DNA of 64,000 bases from a bacterium (GTDB taxonomy: Bacteria > Hinthialibacterota > Hinthialibacteria > Hinthialibacterales > Hinthialibacteraceae): the NCBI GenBank assembly GCA_963663405.2, contig CAXXSM010000092.1:32001-96000 (forward strand), in the 5' to 3' direction. Shown one piece after another: positions 1 through 10,449 of the stretch. The translations under genes and the position numbers were made by a program. The notes below the pieces were generated by a model. It ran no database searches and had not been told where the DNA came from. It worked only from the letters and a program-made list of their open reading frames with translations. How positions within the stretch are numbered: position 1 is the stretch's first letter; each line of letters opens with the position of its first letter.

Positions 1-3000
1 GGTGACGGTTGGAAAGAGATTATCGTCGCCAGCAAAGGCAATTCTCAAAACTACGGAGACGAACGCGATTCCGCGCCTCTCAATCTGATCGGCGTCATCG
101 TCCCCATCGTCGAAGATGGAATGATTATAGGCTTCACCCGTCCTACTGGTGGTGTGCTTAATGTATTAACACCTGAAGTCAATCCCTCCGGCGCGCTGAG
201 TATCGCCGCTGGTGAATTCGACGGAGATCCATCGAATGGGGATGAGATCATTGTCGGCACGGGAAGTCCATTGGAGGGTGACGGACTCATTCCACTCAAA
301 CCTGCTCCCGAATCTCGATACCGATTTATTAAACTGCCTTTCGATGGATTAAAAATTGGCAAACTAACCAATTGGCTGGGAGGCCGCGATGGACTCACTC
401 CATTCCTTGGAAATGAAAATCCCGACAGCGGCGCGATCTTCCTGGCGCCTTTGCTGAAACTCTGTCCACTAATCTTCCCCACCCCCGTCCCTAATGGCCG
501 GGAATGGTACAACATCATTGAGATCGGCGCGAAGGAACCACTGAACCAAGGCGGAACGTTTGTATTCTCCCTGATTCCAAAAGTCCGCTCGTGCGCTCCA
601 GTGAATTGCAGAGAACTCGCGTTTATGAGCGTCGAGGTCTCCTGCGAGCAATGTGTAGACAACAGACTGCTTGCAAGTTCCATCCAATGTATCATCGATC
701 AAATCATCAACGGGATTAACACATTCGGCGCCCGGACATGGTCCGCCACTCAAGTGGGACGGACAAAGATACTCATCACTGGTCCGAAGGCGTTCGATAA
801 ATGCATCTATGAATACAGCCGTGTACTCGGAGGACTGGGGCTTCCACTCACGTTAGATTGCCCGGTCAACAACGTCTGCAACGGAATCGACGGGGATGGA
901 AGGAAACGGCATGCCAGTGGATACAGTTTCACCGTCGTCGATGAGACGGGCATGGTTGCGGAACCGACAGCCACTCCAATTCCGACTCCCTATCCCGATC
1001 CCATTTGGGTCGACCAAGCGAATGATACCGGCGTCGAAGATGGATCGGCGGCCTTTCCATTCGACACGATCGCGGAAGCGATGATTGTAGCGACATCACA
1101 TACCATTCGCGTTCGTTCGGGTGTTTACGTTGAGAATGTATCTTTGAAAGACGGCGTCAAACTCGCCGGCGCCGGCGCGGACACAACCATCATTGACGGT
1201 GGAAATACCGGTGATGGTGTAAACTGCGTTGGAGTCGGGGACGATTCATTAATCGCCGGCTTCACGATTCAAAACGCCTCCGTGGGGATCTACTGTTTCA
1301 ACTCCTCCCCGATGATCCGGGAGAATATCATCACGAATATCGATCCCACGGCTACATCCGGTGACGGCATCCGGCTGCAGGATTCGTCGCCGTTGATTCA
1401 AAACAACGTGATTTATGGCGTCGGTGGACACGGGATCTCCGCATCCGGCGACAGCGAACCCGACATTATTAACAACACAATTTACGATTACCGGTATTAC
1501 GCTGGAATCTCCTTCGCCGCGCTTGATATCGGCGCCGTCTCCCCGCTTATCAAGAACAACATTATCGTTCGGGGGAACACGGAACCAGTCGCGGGGATTC
1601 TTTGGAACTCGATCGTTACACCGGATATCTCCTACAACGATGTGTACGATCCGGCGGATACAACCGGCACGGGAGGCTTCTACGCCTATCACGATGGCGC
1701 ACAGTGGAACGAAGCCTCCGGCGGCGCTGGAGCCATTTCCGAGAATCCATTATTCATCGATGAAGCGAATGGTTATTTCTATCTCCATACAGATTCCCCC
1801 TGTGTGGACGCCGGCGATCCAGACGCGGTATACAACGACAATGACGGCTCACGAAATGACATGGGCGCGTTCGGCGGGCTGCGGTTGGATATAGGCGGAC
1901 TCTCCCATATCGGCAGCGGCTTCATCTTCACTTCCGTGGGCAAAATCCCCATCACGGAGATCAATCAGACGCCGGCGGATGACTGCTTCGGACTGGCGCA
2001 GGTCTCTCCAACCGCCGCGGAAGATTTCCGCATTCCTCAATACACCGACGCGCCGTTTGGCGGGGATTTATGGATACGCGGCTTATTCGGCGCCAACGAT
2101 GATGTGGACTTCTATCAGATCATCGCCACGCCCGAAGATATCAGTGAAGCGACATTCGCGCTCAATGATCCTCTAACAAAAACAAAATACACGATTCTAC
2201 CAGGCGGGAGCGTCGCTACAACACGGATTCGGTTAGGGCCGCAAACCGTTGGCACGGTCGATAACCTATATCAATTGAACAAAACAGGTTTCTGGAGCCA
2301 ACAAGACCTTCGCATGATCTGGAAAACGGCGGGATTGAATGGCCGGTACCGCTTGGATTACCGTGCGTTTAAACAAACCGGACCGGATCAAGTCGTTGAA
2401 GTCTCATTGTTCTCCAATGTCTTGGACCACATGACACTCTGGATCGACAATTCTTCGCTGGACGTGCAAATCAACGAAGTCTTGAAGATGGACGGATCGA
2501 GTCTGGCGGAATGTGAAGAGATTGTCTTCACTACTGGCGGCGGAACCGATCTCGTATTCAATATCACGGCGGAACATCCGAACGGCTTCCTCCGGTACTA
2601 CGTATTGGATTGCTATTGGGGTCATGACAACTTCGGTGGACGCTTCACCTACGATCAATACGTAGGTTCAAATGATGGATCACCACCTGTATGGACGGGT
2701 ATTGATGACACATTGCCGCCACTCTCCCCGAAAGCGTTGGACGGAACGCCCATGCCGTGGGTTGACTGCGCGTACCGGTTCCGTTTGGCCGCCGGTGGAC
2801 GAATGACGGACGGTTACCGTTATCTACGGTGGAACCAGTATAGCGTCTACCATGACGTCCGCACGACGGGCGTCACCCCCGCCTCGGTTGGCAAACCGTG
2901 CGACGGCTGCGAAGAAGAAAGTAATCTCGCCGTCCAATCCGTGGAACCACTGGCGCCGATCCCCGTTCCAGAAAATCTCAGCGCGCTGCAAGCGGGACAA

Positions 3001-5256
3001 TCCAAATCGAGAGACGCCTCCCGGCGTATCCTCACCCCGCTAGCGGGACATAGCGCTGATGATTTTGTGGATACATGGATCAACGCCGATCCAAATACCG
3101 GCCGGATTACAGAGATCATCATCGGACAAACGAATAGTGGGGAAATGATCGTCCACGCGTATGGCGCTTGCTATCCCACGGATTGTGATTGGGGACCAGT
3201 CACAGCGGCCGCGGGAGATCCATTCACCGCTGTGTACCTGCACGGATTTAAAACATCCGTTCTTACTCTCGAACTAATCGGCGCGGACACCCTGCACGTT
3301 CATGACAGCGCCGTATTCCATGACGGGACCGGCCGGGATTACGAGACGGATGATACTTTCATCCGCAACACGATCTGGGTCGATGAGAGCAACACGACCG
3401 GCATGGAAAATGGATCAAGAGATCATCCCTATGATACGATTGGCGAAGGCATCACCGCCGCGATCCGCCGTCAGCGTGTGCGTGTCCTTCCTGGGGAATA
3501 CAATGAAGCGGTCGGTATGAAGAGCGGCGTGGATCTAATCGGTTCCGGCCCCTCCTCCACCGTCATTAATCCTCTTGGAGACGGTTATGGCGTCAGCTGC
3601 GTGGGGATCGGCTCGGATGTTCTTCTCGCTGGATTCACGATTGTCAATGCGCAGGTGGGTGTCTATTGCCATACCTCGCGTCTATCGATCCGGGAAAACG
3701 TCATCACGAACATGGATCTGGAATCACTGAGCGCGGATGGTATCCGGCTGGATGATTCATCGCCGTTGATCCAGAACAATGTGATTTATCATGTCGGCGG
3801 TATGGGAATTCGCGGTCAGGGAAACAGTGAACCCCGTATCATCAACAACACAATTTACGATTATGGATATTACGCCGGTATTTCCTTCTCCGCGTTGAAT
3901 ATCGGCGCCGTTTCGCCGGTAATCAAAAACAACATTGTTGTTCGCGGCAACGAAGAACCCGTCGGCGGGATTCTATGGAGCAGTCCTTGTACAGCGATCG
4001 TTTCCTACAACGATGTCTATGATCCACAAAACGTGACCGGCGGTGGTTCGTACTACGCGTATCACAACGGGACGCAGTGGACCGAAGTTTCCGGCGGTAC
4101 TGGAGCGCTTATGGTGGATCCGCTCTTCGAAGACGCGGAAAACGGTTATTTCCACTTGCAGACGGATTCACTCTGCATCGACGCAGGAGATCCCGCTCCC
4201 GAATTTAATGACTATGATGGTTCCCGCAACGACATGGGCGCGTTCGGCGGTCAGCGATTGGAAATCCGCCCATCCGCGCATGCGGGAAGCGGTTTCATTT
4301 TCACCGGCATTGGCAAAACACCGATCACAGAGATCGTTCATGACAGCGCCGATCCATCTCATGGCTTGTTACGCGTCTCCGCCGCGGAAGCGGCCGCGCA
4401 GAGCATTCCTCGATTCACCGACGCCGCGTTTGGCGGTCAATTATGGATACGGGGTCTGTTTGGAGCCAACGACAATATCGATTACTATCAGCTCGTGGCG
4501 GCCTCGTATGTCGATTCGATCACGAAAACCCTCACCGATCCGCTGACAAAGATCAAGTTCACCATCAATTCAGACGGCTCGGTCACAAGCACACGAGTGC
4601 GCATGGGGCCGATCACCGTGGCCGGTGTGCCCAACCTGTACATCTTGAATCAACCTGATGAGTACTGGACCTACACCGACCTGCGTCACATTTGGAACAC
4701 GAACGGACTGAACGGGAAATACAACGTTTCGTACAAGGCCTACCGCACCATGCTTGACGGAAGCGTATCGCAAGTGACTCTGCCATCCAATGAGCTGGAT
4801 CACTTCACTCTGCGCATCAACAACCAACCCGTGCAGATGCGGATCGAGAACATCGCTTACTCGGATCTCACGTCTATCGCCGAGTGTGAAAAAATCTACT
4901 TCCCACATGCAGGGGATTCCAGCCTGGTCTTCAACATCACGGCCTGGCACCCCGACGGCTTCCTGCGATACTACCGGTTGAACTGCTACTGGGGCAACAA
5001 CCGGTACGGCGGAGAATTCACGTACGACCAGTACGTGGGATCAAACGATGGAACACCGCCCAGCTGGACCGGCTTCATCAACCAGCAACTGCCGCCGCTT
5101 CTACCAAGGGCGTCTGATGGAACAGTGATGAACTGGCATACCTGCCCGTATCACTTCCGTCTAGAGGGATCCGCGCGAATCACAGACGGGTCGAATTACT
5201 TGAAATGGGCAGCCGATAACGTTTACCAATCCGTTCAACTCATTTCGACACCTTAA
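1..5256 (+). CDS. Very large, probably extracellular protein, 5'-truncated. FG-GAP-like N-terminal region plus two duplicated modules (DUF1565-like/right-handed beta-helix plus C-terminal domain)
   Basis: Frame is open from base 1 (GDGWKEIIVA...). It has a GEFDGD..DEIIVG motif and a PT linker. Two similar modules start IWVD at ~1003 and ~3373, each with parallel beta-helix repeats and the SxCxDAGDP...DGSRNDMGAFGG motif. Confidence 0.8.
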   Translation, partial: GDGWKEIIVASKGNSQNYGDERDSAPLNLIGVIVPIVEDGMIIGFTRPTGGVLNVLTPEVNPSGALSIAAGEFDGDPSNGDEIIVGTGSPLEGDGLIPLKPAPESRYRFIKLPFDGLKIGKLTNWLGGRDGLTPFLGNENPDSGAIFLAPLLKLCPLIFPTPVPNGREWYNIIEIGAKEPLNQGGTFVFSLIPKVRSCAPVNCRELAFMSVEVSCEQCVDNRLLASSIQCIIDQIINGINTFGARTWSATQVGRTKILITGPKAFDKCIYEYSRVLGGLGLPLTLDCPVNNVCNGIDGDGRKRHASGYSFTVVDETGMVAEPTATPIPTPYPDPIWVDQANDTGVEDGSAAFPFDTIAEAMIVATSHTIRVRSGVYVENVSLKDGVKLAGAGADTTIIDGGNTGDGVNCVGVGDDSLIAGFTIQNASVGIYCFNSSPMIRENIITNIDPTATSGDGIRLQDSSPLIQNNVIYGVGGHGISASGDSEPDIINNTIYDYRYYAGISFAALDIGAVSPLIKNNIIVRGNTEPVAGILWNSIVTPDISYNDVYDPADTTGTGGFYAYHDGAQWNEASGGAGAISENPLFIDEANGYFYLHTDSPCVDAGDPDAVYNDNDGSRNDMGAFGGLRLDIGGLSHIGSGFIFTSVGKIPITEINQTPADDCFGLAQVSPTAAEDFRIPQYTDAPFGGDLWIRGLFGANDDVDFYQIIATPEDISEATFALNDPLTKTKYTILPGGSVATTRIRLGPQTVGTVDNLYQLNKTGFWSQQDLRMIWKTAGLNGRYRLDYRAFKQTGPDQVVEVSLFSNVLDHMTLWIDNSSLDVQINEVLKMDGSSLAECEEIVFTTGGGTDLVFNITAEHPNGFLRYYVLDCYWGHDNFGGRFTYDQYVGSNDGSPPVWTGIDDTLPPLSPKALDGTPMPWVDCAYRFRLAAGGRMTDGYRYLRWNQYSVYHDVRTTGVTPASVGKPCDGCEEESNLAVQSVEPLAPIPVPENLSALQAGQSKSRDASRRILTPLAGHSADDFVDTWINADPNTGRITEIIIGQTNSGEMIVHAYGACYPTDCDWGPVTAAAGDPFTAVYLHGFKTSVLTLELIGADTLHVHDSAVFHDGTGRDYETDDTFIRNTIWVDESNTTGMENGSRDHPYDTIGEGITAAIRRQRVRVLPGEYNEAVGMKSGVDLIGSGPSSTVINPLGDGYGVSCVGIGSDVLLAGFTIVNAQVGVYCHTSRLSIRENVITNMDLESLSADGIRLDDSSPLIQNNVIYHVGGMGIRGQGNSEPRIINNTIYDYGYYAGISFSALNIGAVSPVIKNNIVVRGNEEPVGGILWSSPCTAIVSYNDVYDPQNVTGGGSYYAYHNGTQWTEVSGGTGALMVDPLFEDAENGYFHLQTDSLCIDAGDPAPEFNDYDGSRNDMGAFGGQRLEIRPSAHAGSGFIFTGIGKTPITEIVHDSADPSHGLLRVSAAEAAAQSIPRFTDAAFGGQLWIRGLFGANDNIDYYQLVAASYVDSITKTLTDPLTKIKFTINSDGSVTSTRVRMGPITVAGVPNLYILNQPDEYWTYTDLRHIWNTNGLNGKYNVSYKAYRTMLDGSVSQVTLPSNELDHFTLRINNQPVQMRIENIAYSDLTSIAECEKIYFPHAGDSSLVFNITAWHPDGFLRYYRLNCYWGNNRYGGEFTYDQYVGSNDGTPPSWTGFINQQLPPLLPRASDGTVMNWHTCPYHFRLEGSARITDGSNYLKWAADNVYQSVQLISTP

Positions 5257-5266
5257 AACATCTACA

Positions 5267-5296
5267 AAGAAGGGGGGCGTCACAGCCCCCCTTCTT
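5267..5296. terminator. Hairpin between convergent genes, likely terminator
   Basis: AAGAAGGGGGGC-gtcaca-GCCCCCCTTCTT, a perfect 12-bp stem just after the stop at 5256. Confidence 0.7.
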
Positions 5297-5352
5297 CCCT
5301 TCCTTCTATCATCGCAATCCAATCAATCCTTCTCAAATAAATACGCTTGCCT

Positions 5353-6240
5353 TCAATGCTGTGGGTTGCCACCATTGACATGGATCACTTGGCCGGTAAT
5401 CCATCGCGCTTGTTCGGAAGCGAGAAAAACGATTACGTCCGCGATATCTTCCGGCTCTCCCACTCGTTTCAAGGCGTATGTATTTTCAATCTGTTCCACA
5501 ACATCGGATTGAAGCCACCCGGTCTGCACCGCTCCCGGTGAAACCGCGTTGACCGTGATCCCATACGCTCCCAATTCCGCGGCGGCGGCTCGCGTATAAC
5601 TCTCCAACGCGTGTTTACTGGCTCCATAAGAAACCGCGCACGGATGAGAGCGGGCGCCATCCGAACTGACATTGATAATCCGTCCATCGTTCGCGTTCCG
5701 CCGGATAAACCGCCGCGCGAATTCCTGCGTCATCAACGCCACCGCCCGGCTGTTCACCGCGAAATGCTGCTCGTGAGATTCAGGAGTCAGCGGCGCAATG
5801 GGAAATTCCCCTGCAAACAATCCCTGCTTCTCCAGTTCCTCCGCCGGCAGAAACGAATCGAGACGGCCGAACGCCGCGTTGTTAACGACTATATCAACCG
5901 CGCCCAGTTGTTCTTTCGCCCGGTCGAAGAGTTCCGGGATGGTTTCGGGGAGACTCAGATCCGCTTCCCACGCGGCGCAAGATCCCCCCATCCGCTGGAT
6001 CTTATCAACCACATGATCCGCAGTCTGTGTTTGCATTCGGTGATACAAAGCCCGGCCGGGCATTAAGTCCTTCTCCCCTTCTCCTTCAGAAAAAACACCG
6101 TACGCTTCCGCCGCCTTGCGATAATAGTTTAGAAAGAGCCGGGCGCCTTCCTTCGCAAAAGCAAGCGCTGTGGCCGCGCCAATTCCATGATTGGCGCCGG
6201 TAACAAGAACAACTTTATTTTGTATGGTTCCATATCCCAT
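5353..6240 (-). CDS. SDR family oxidoreductase (FabG-like)
   Basis: TGANHGIG, NNA, YGASK catalytic motif and WITGQ. Confidence 0.92.
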   Translation of the reverse strand: MGYGTIQNKVVLVTGANHGIGAATALAFAKEGARLFLNYYRKAAEAYGVFSEGEGEKDLMPGRALYHRMQTQTADHVVDKIQRMGGSCAAWEADLSLPETIPELFDRAKEQLGAVDIVVNNAAFGRLDSFLPAEELEKQGLFAGEFPIAPLTPESHEQHFAVNSRAVALMTQEFARRFIRRNANDGRIINVSSDGARSHPCAVSYGASKHALESYTRAAAAELGAYGITVNAVSPGAVQTGWLQSDVVEQIENTYALKRVGEPEDIADVIVFLASEQARWITGQVIHVNGGNPQH

Positions 6241-6692
6241 AATTCACACACCTTTCTTTACAGCAATCTGTAACGAGCAAAGTGACAGAATTCAAATTTG
6301 AGTAAATAGAATTATTGTTTTCCTCCGCATCAACGGAGGTTTGGAAAAACTTCGTGAAGAAAAACGGGAGGGATTGATTAACGCATGACGGCTACTTGAG
6401 CGCCTCTCATAATAAAATGTAACGCTAGTCTAACTCATACAAAATCTTTTTGTCAAGAAGATATTTCGCCGGTTTGCCCACATTATTCAAAGCGGCCCAT
6501 CCCATTCATTTTACAGGATGTGAAAGAGAAATAAATTTGTTTTGGATTTCATTTACGCTTCAACCATCTAGTATAAATTGATTCACTCCGCGCTCGTTCC
6601 CTATTGTCTGCGTGAGAAGAGTTACTATAATTCTTAGATAGGAGGAGAGTATGTGTCATGACTTTAGAATGATTAATGGAGTGGATTTCTAG

Positions 6693-7052
6693 ATGAATGA
6701 AGAACGGCTCCTACGTTGGGTCTCGAACAACGATACTCGATACCATCCAAACGCGTACTACTTTGTTTTAGAAGCGTTGCGATATACGCAGCAGCGTTTT
6801 AAAAAACCCCGCCACGTCAGCGGTCAGGAATTACTCGTCGGCCTGACCTGTCTTGCGCGGGAACGGTACAGCGATCTCGCCTTAATGGTTTTTGAGGAAT
6901 GGGGAACTACAACAGGACGTGATTTCGGCAACATTGTCTTCAACCTCGTCGAACTCGGTGAGATCAAGAAAACCGACGATGATTGTATCGAGGATTTCGA
7001 TTCGGGATACGATTTTCACACTGAATTCGGCCAAGCGAACGTCGCCAGCTGA
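6693..7052 (+). CDS. Minf_1886-like conserved protein (Verrucomicrobia/Planctomycetes-type family)
   Basis: RYHPNAYYFVLEAL...HVSGQELL...WG...DFGNIVFNLVE...DDCIEDF pattern, recognised from memory. Confidence 0.75.
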   Translation: MNEERLLRWVSNNDTRYHPNAYYFVLEALRYTQQRFKKPRHVSGQELLVGLTCLARERYSDLALMVFEEWGTTTGRDFGNIVFNLVELGEIKKTDDDCIEDFDSGYDFHTEFGQANVAS

Positions 7053-7084
7053 AACCAAACCGGATAGACTTCATTCTCCACTTG

Positions 7085-7310
7085 GATTTATTCGTCCAAG
7101 GAGGAAGAGAAGTCGTGATTTTGTTAATATATTTATAGTTAAAGATTTTATGTGTAAAACACAAACCAGACGTGCTCACTATACTATCTCGAAAGAGAAG
7201 TTGGGAGTGAGTCACTTATTTCGACAAGGATCGGTCTAACACGCGCAACGTGATCGCAAAATCAGTGAAGAATGGCTTACTCTTGAAGAAGAAGCAGATC
7301 AAAAACGCTC
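7085..7310 (+). pseudogene. Degenerate remnant resembling a MazE/EndoAI-type (RHH) antitoxin
   Basis: One frame reads PRRKRSRDFVN...LFRQGSV*HAQRDRKISEEWLTLEEEA, with an internal stop and no clear start. Confidence 0.3.
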
Positions 7311-7375
7311 TGTAGACTTATTCAAAATATCTCTCACTAACAACTCCACTTTCCAGAAATTAATAATATAAAAAC

Positions 7376-7633
7376 GGCTCATCCGGTAAGTGAGTACTAT
7401 TAGTAAATGCTACTTCTAATGAGAAAGCATATTCCTCTATCCCCAGGATTGAAATCCTGGGCTATTTTCTTTTGTCCCGCAAAGGCTCCGGCGCAAGCGC
7501 CGGTAGGACATATTATAGTAGCCCAGATACTGGCGCTTGCGCCAGAGCATGAAGTCTGGGTAAACATGGATACACAATCTTCCATGAAAAGAGAATAAAT
7601 TTTTACATTGAGTACTCACTTACCGGATGAGCC
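7376..7633. mobile_element. MITE (non-autonomous IS derivative), 258 bp
   Basis: Perfect 23-bp TIR GGCTCATCCGGTAAGTGAGTACT (7376-7398 and 7611-7633), flanked by the 8-bp direct repeat ATAAAAAC (7368-7375 and 7634-7641). No transposase inside. Confidence 0.9.
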
Positions 7634-7645
7634 ATAAAAACTTTG

Positions 7646-8641
7646 TTACGGCAATGTCACACTGGCTCCCTGCCGAATATCAATCGTAGCCTTTTCTCGT
7701 AATTCCTCCAATAACTTCTGCCTTTCTTCAACCCGTTTGTTTCGCATGATTAAATCCTCAATCGTATCTTTACTAAGGATTTTTACAATGTGATATCCTT
7801 GGGGCGATCGGATCGGTTCGCTGATATCCCCCTCATTCATATCAAACAAAGGATCAAATTCTTCAATGTATCCGCCTTTTTCGAGGGGTTCAGGAAACTG
7901 TCCACCTTGTTTGCTTGTCAGCGTATCTTCTGAGTACTCATAGGCGAGGGCTTCGAATAATTCACCAGCGCGGGCGCGCAGTAAGATCGAATTGGCTCGT
8001 TCTAAAATCGCCTTTTCTTCTTCCTCGGACGCATTGGGAGCTACCCGAAGAAAAATATGGGCGATAAGGATTTTCCCACTGGGTTGCGCTTCGGGATGTT
8101 CCTTTTGAAACGCGGCGATCTCTTGGGGAGTGGGGGATTCAATTTTGCTGCGATTCAATTGGAGCCGTATATATTCTTCGAGATACCTGAGTTCGATCTC
8201 CCGATAACGAACCGCCCGAATCTCTTCCCACGTCATACCGATCCTTTCTTGTTCCCGCGCCAGATCTTCCGGTGTCGAAAATCGAGTCCGGTACTGATCC
8301 ATGAGACGATCGGTTTCCAGTGTAGCCTGGTTCCGGATCCGGTCTTTCCATTCCTTGGTCAATTTCTCCCGCGCGTATTGGGAAAGGAGCGTTCGATCGA
8401 TCATCATGCTTAACATCTTTCGCCGCAAAATATTGAGTTCCTCTTCGGAAATATCCGAAAAACTCTTGTTTTGATTTGTCCTCATAAGATTAATGCGAAG
8501 TTCGACTTCCACATCGCCCGTGAGGATCAACTCCCCATTGACGATCGCATCGATGGTCTCGATCACGGCGGCGTCCACCGGCGCAGCCGAATAGCCTGCC
8601 CACAAATAAAGAGGAAGAATAAAAAAGAACGCGCGTTTCAT
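7646..8641 (-). CDS. SurA/PpiC-type peptidyl-prolyl isomerase, exported
   Basis: Signal peptide MKRAFFFIL, SurA-like N-terminal domain (AIVNGELIL) and a parvulin domain (HIFL...FEALAYEYSED...GG...ISEPIRSPQGYHIVK). Confidence 0.88.
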   Translation of the reverse strand: MKRAFFFILPLYLWAGYSAAPVDAAVIETIDAIVNGELILTGDVEVELRINLMRTNQNKSFSDISEEELNILRRKMLSMMIDRTLLSQYAREKLTKEWKDRIRNQATLETDRLMDQYRTRFSTPEDLAREQERIGMTWEEIRAVRYREIELRYLEEYIRLQLNRSKIESPTPQEIAAFQKEHPEAQPSGKILIAHIFLRVAPNASEEEEKAILERANSILLRARAGELFEALAYEYSEDTLTSKQGGQFPEPLEKGGYIEEFDPLFDMNEGDISEPIRSPQGYHIVKILSKDTIEDLIMRNKRVEERQKLLEELREKATIDIRQGASVTLP

Positions 8642-8684
8642 GTTTAACTCCTTGCGATTGTATTCCAAGAAAATGTATTCTTTT

Positions 8685-8775
8685 ATATGAAAATGAGTCC
8701 CTAAGGCTTTCTCGTTCGAATTAGCTCCCGCAACTCATTTTCATTTGCAGTTGTGATCTCACATCAAGATGGTTT
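8685..8775. repeat. Dispersed ~90-bp structured intergenic repeat, copy 1
   Basis: ATGAAAATGAGT...ACTCATTTTCAT stem followed by TTGCAGTTGTGATCTC. Similar to copies at 12034 and 46255. Confidence 0.85.
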
Positions 8776-8907
8776 TTATCTTTTCAAAAGGCGTATTACG
8801 TCTGTTAAGACGGAATTACGTCCAGCATTTATTCATTGATTCACCCGTTCATCAGTAATGAATTCTACGCGGATTCAGCACTCTGAACTAGAGCGGCGCT
8901 TTGGAAT

Positions 8908-10401
8908 TTACTCTCCACCCAAGGAAAACTGAAACCAAGGAATCAGCTCTTTCAATTCACTAGAGTATACCGCTTGAAACGCGTTTCCCTGATGCGCTAG
9001 ACGCTTGTCTTTGATTGCATAGAAAAAACCGGTAATCGCGTATCGCTCCATCATCGGATCTGTCTCCGGGAGAATCTCTTCAAAGAACACCTCACCTTGT
9101 GTAATCCAGATTAGACGCCCGCCCCCCACATCAATTCCAACATGAGGGCGCCGGTTTCGAATCTGTGTGATATCACCATCAATGACATGAGAGACCGTTC
9201 CGAGAATAATATCCCCGGTGGCGGCCCCCGGCGTTTCAGCCACTATATTCCAACCGAATCCGTCTCCTACCCAGCAATATTGATACGCCCGGATGTGAAG
9301 TTCCGCCACCGGCAAGCGGCGCGGCGGATCAAAAAGGTCAACACGGCTCCAATCGTGATTTACTTGCATTTCATCCCATAAACCAAACCATTGTCCTTCA
9401 AATGGATGAAAAACGAGAAATCCATCGATCTTCCCAGCGCCCTGGATGCCCTTAAGGATTATACTTTCACTCAGTTGAAAATGATCCAAGTTTGGGCGAT
9501 CGATCAGATGAGGTTTCACTTGGTTAGGAAACGCGGCGATTGCTTGAGCCAACAAAGACGCGGGCATAAGCCCCTTTTCATCCGGAGTCAAAAGTCCCAA
9601 GCGGAACGCCTCCGCTTCGCGCATACCCTCCGTCAGATGGGGCCACATTTCCGGATCGATATTCTCTTTTTCGATTGTATCTTTAATTACCCGTTTTGGA
9701 AAAAAGCGAGTCTCAACAATCCACGTTTCAAGATTCGTAAAATTCCAAGATCCCGCCAACGTTCGCGCGGCGGCCGCGCCACGCATCTTGAAACTCCCGA
9801 TCCGGTCTTGGAAAGACGCTTCAAAGGCCGCGAATCCCCAAACACAAAGACGGAGCAGACAGACTACTATAGCCAAATACAAACAGAGTTTCCCCATCTC
9901 CCGTTTCACTTCCACCGGAAGCCACCGCCAGGGAGCGATCTGATAGACGGCATAAAAAAGAAACACACAGATTAATAGAAGATGAAAGCGATACCGGGCG
10001 GTGGAGCCGAACCAATCCGGCGCCCAAAACGAAAGCGCCAACGCGAAAAGACACGCGGTTGCGATAAGGCAATGCAGAATCAACGAAAGCGGCCGCTGTA
10101 GGAAAAGAAACCGCCCTTCCCGCGCCGTCCATTCATCCCGGAATGTGAGTCCAATAAGAACCAACAAAGAACCAGTCACAGCGATTCCAAAGACACCGTT
10201 TCGAGGAACCGCCCATAAGGGCAGAATTTTATAAAGCCCCAACACAATTGCCAGCGTCAGTAGGAATGGAATAACAAGCCCATCCCGCCAGCGTTTCAAG
10301 ATCGCGGCGCCAAGCAGCGTTAAGACGATAGAATCAACACAATCCACGCCCAGCCCAATTGGAAATAATGGAATCCATGCGCCATCCATTGTCACTCCCA
10401 C
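8908..10401 (-). CDS. Hypothetical membrane protein (about 6 N-terminal TM segments plus a soluble C-terminal domain)
   Basis: 497-aa ORF with a hydrophobic first ~190 aa. No family recognised. Confidence 0.65.
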   Translation of the reverse strand: MGVTMDGAWIPLFPIGLGVDCVDSIVLTLLGAAILKRWRDGLVIPFLLTLAIVLGLYKILPLWAVPRNGVFGIAVTGSLLVLIGLTFRDEWTAREGRFLFLQRPLSLILHCLIATACLFALALSFWAPDWFGSTARYRFHLLLICVFLFYAVYQIAPWRWLPVEVKREMGKLCLYLAIVVCLLRLCVWGFAAFEASFQDRIGSFKMRGAAAARTLAGSWNFTNLETWIVETRFFPKRVIKDTIEKENIDPEMWPHLTEGMREAEAFRLGLLTPDEKGLMPASLLAQAIAAFPNQVKPHLIDRPNLDHFQLSESIILKGIQGAGKIDGFLVFHPFEGQWFGLWDEMQVNHDWSRVDLFDPPRRLPVAELHIRAYQYCWVGDGFGWNIVAETPGAATGDIILGTVSHVIDGDITQIRNRRPHVGIDVGGGRLIWITQGEVFFEEILPETDPMMERYAITGFFYAIKDKRLAHQGNAFQAVYSSELKELIPWFQFSLGGE

Positions 10402-10449
10402 TCCAAGACCAATCGGTTCGTCTCCCTGTTTCTGTAATCATACCGTTTT

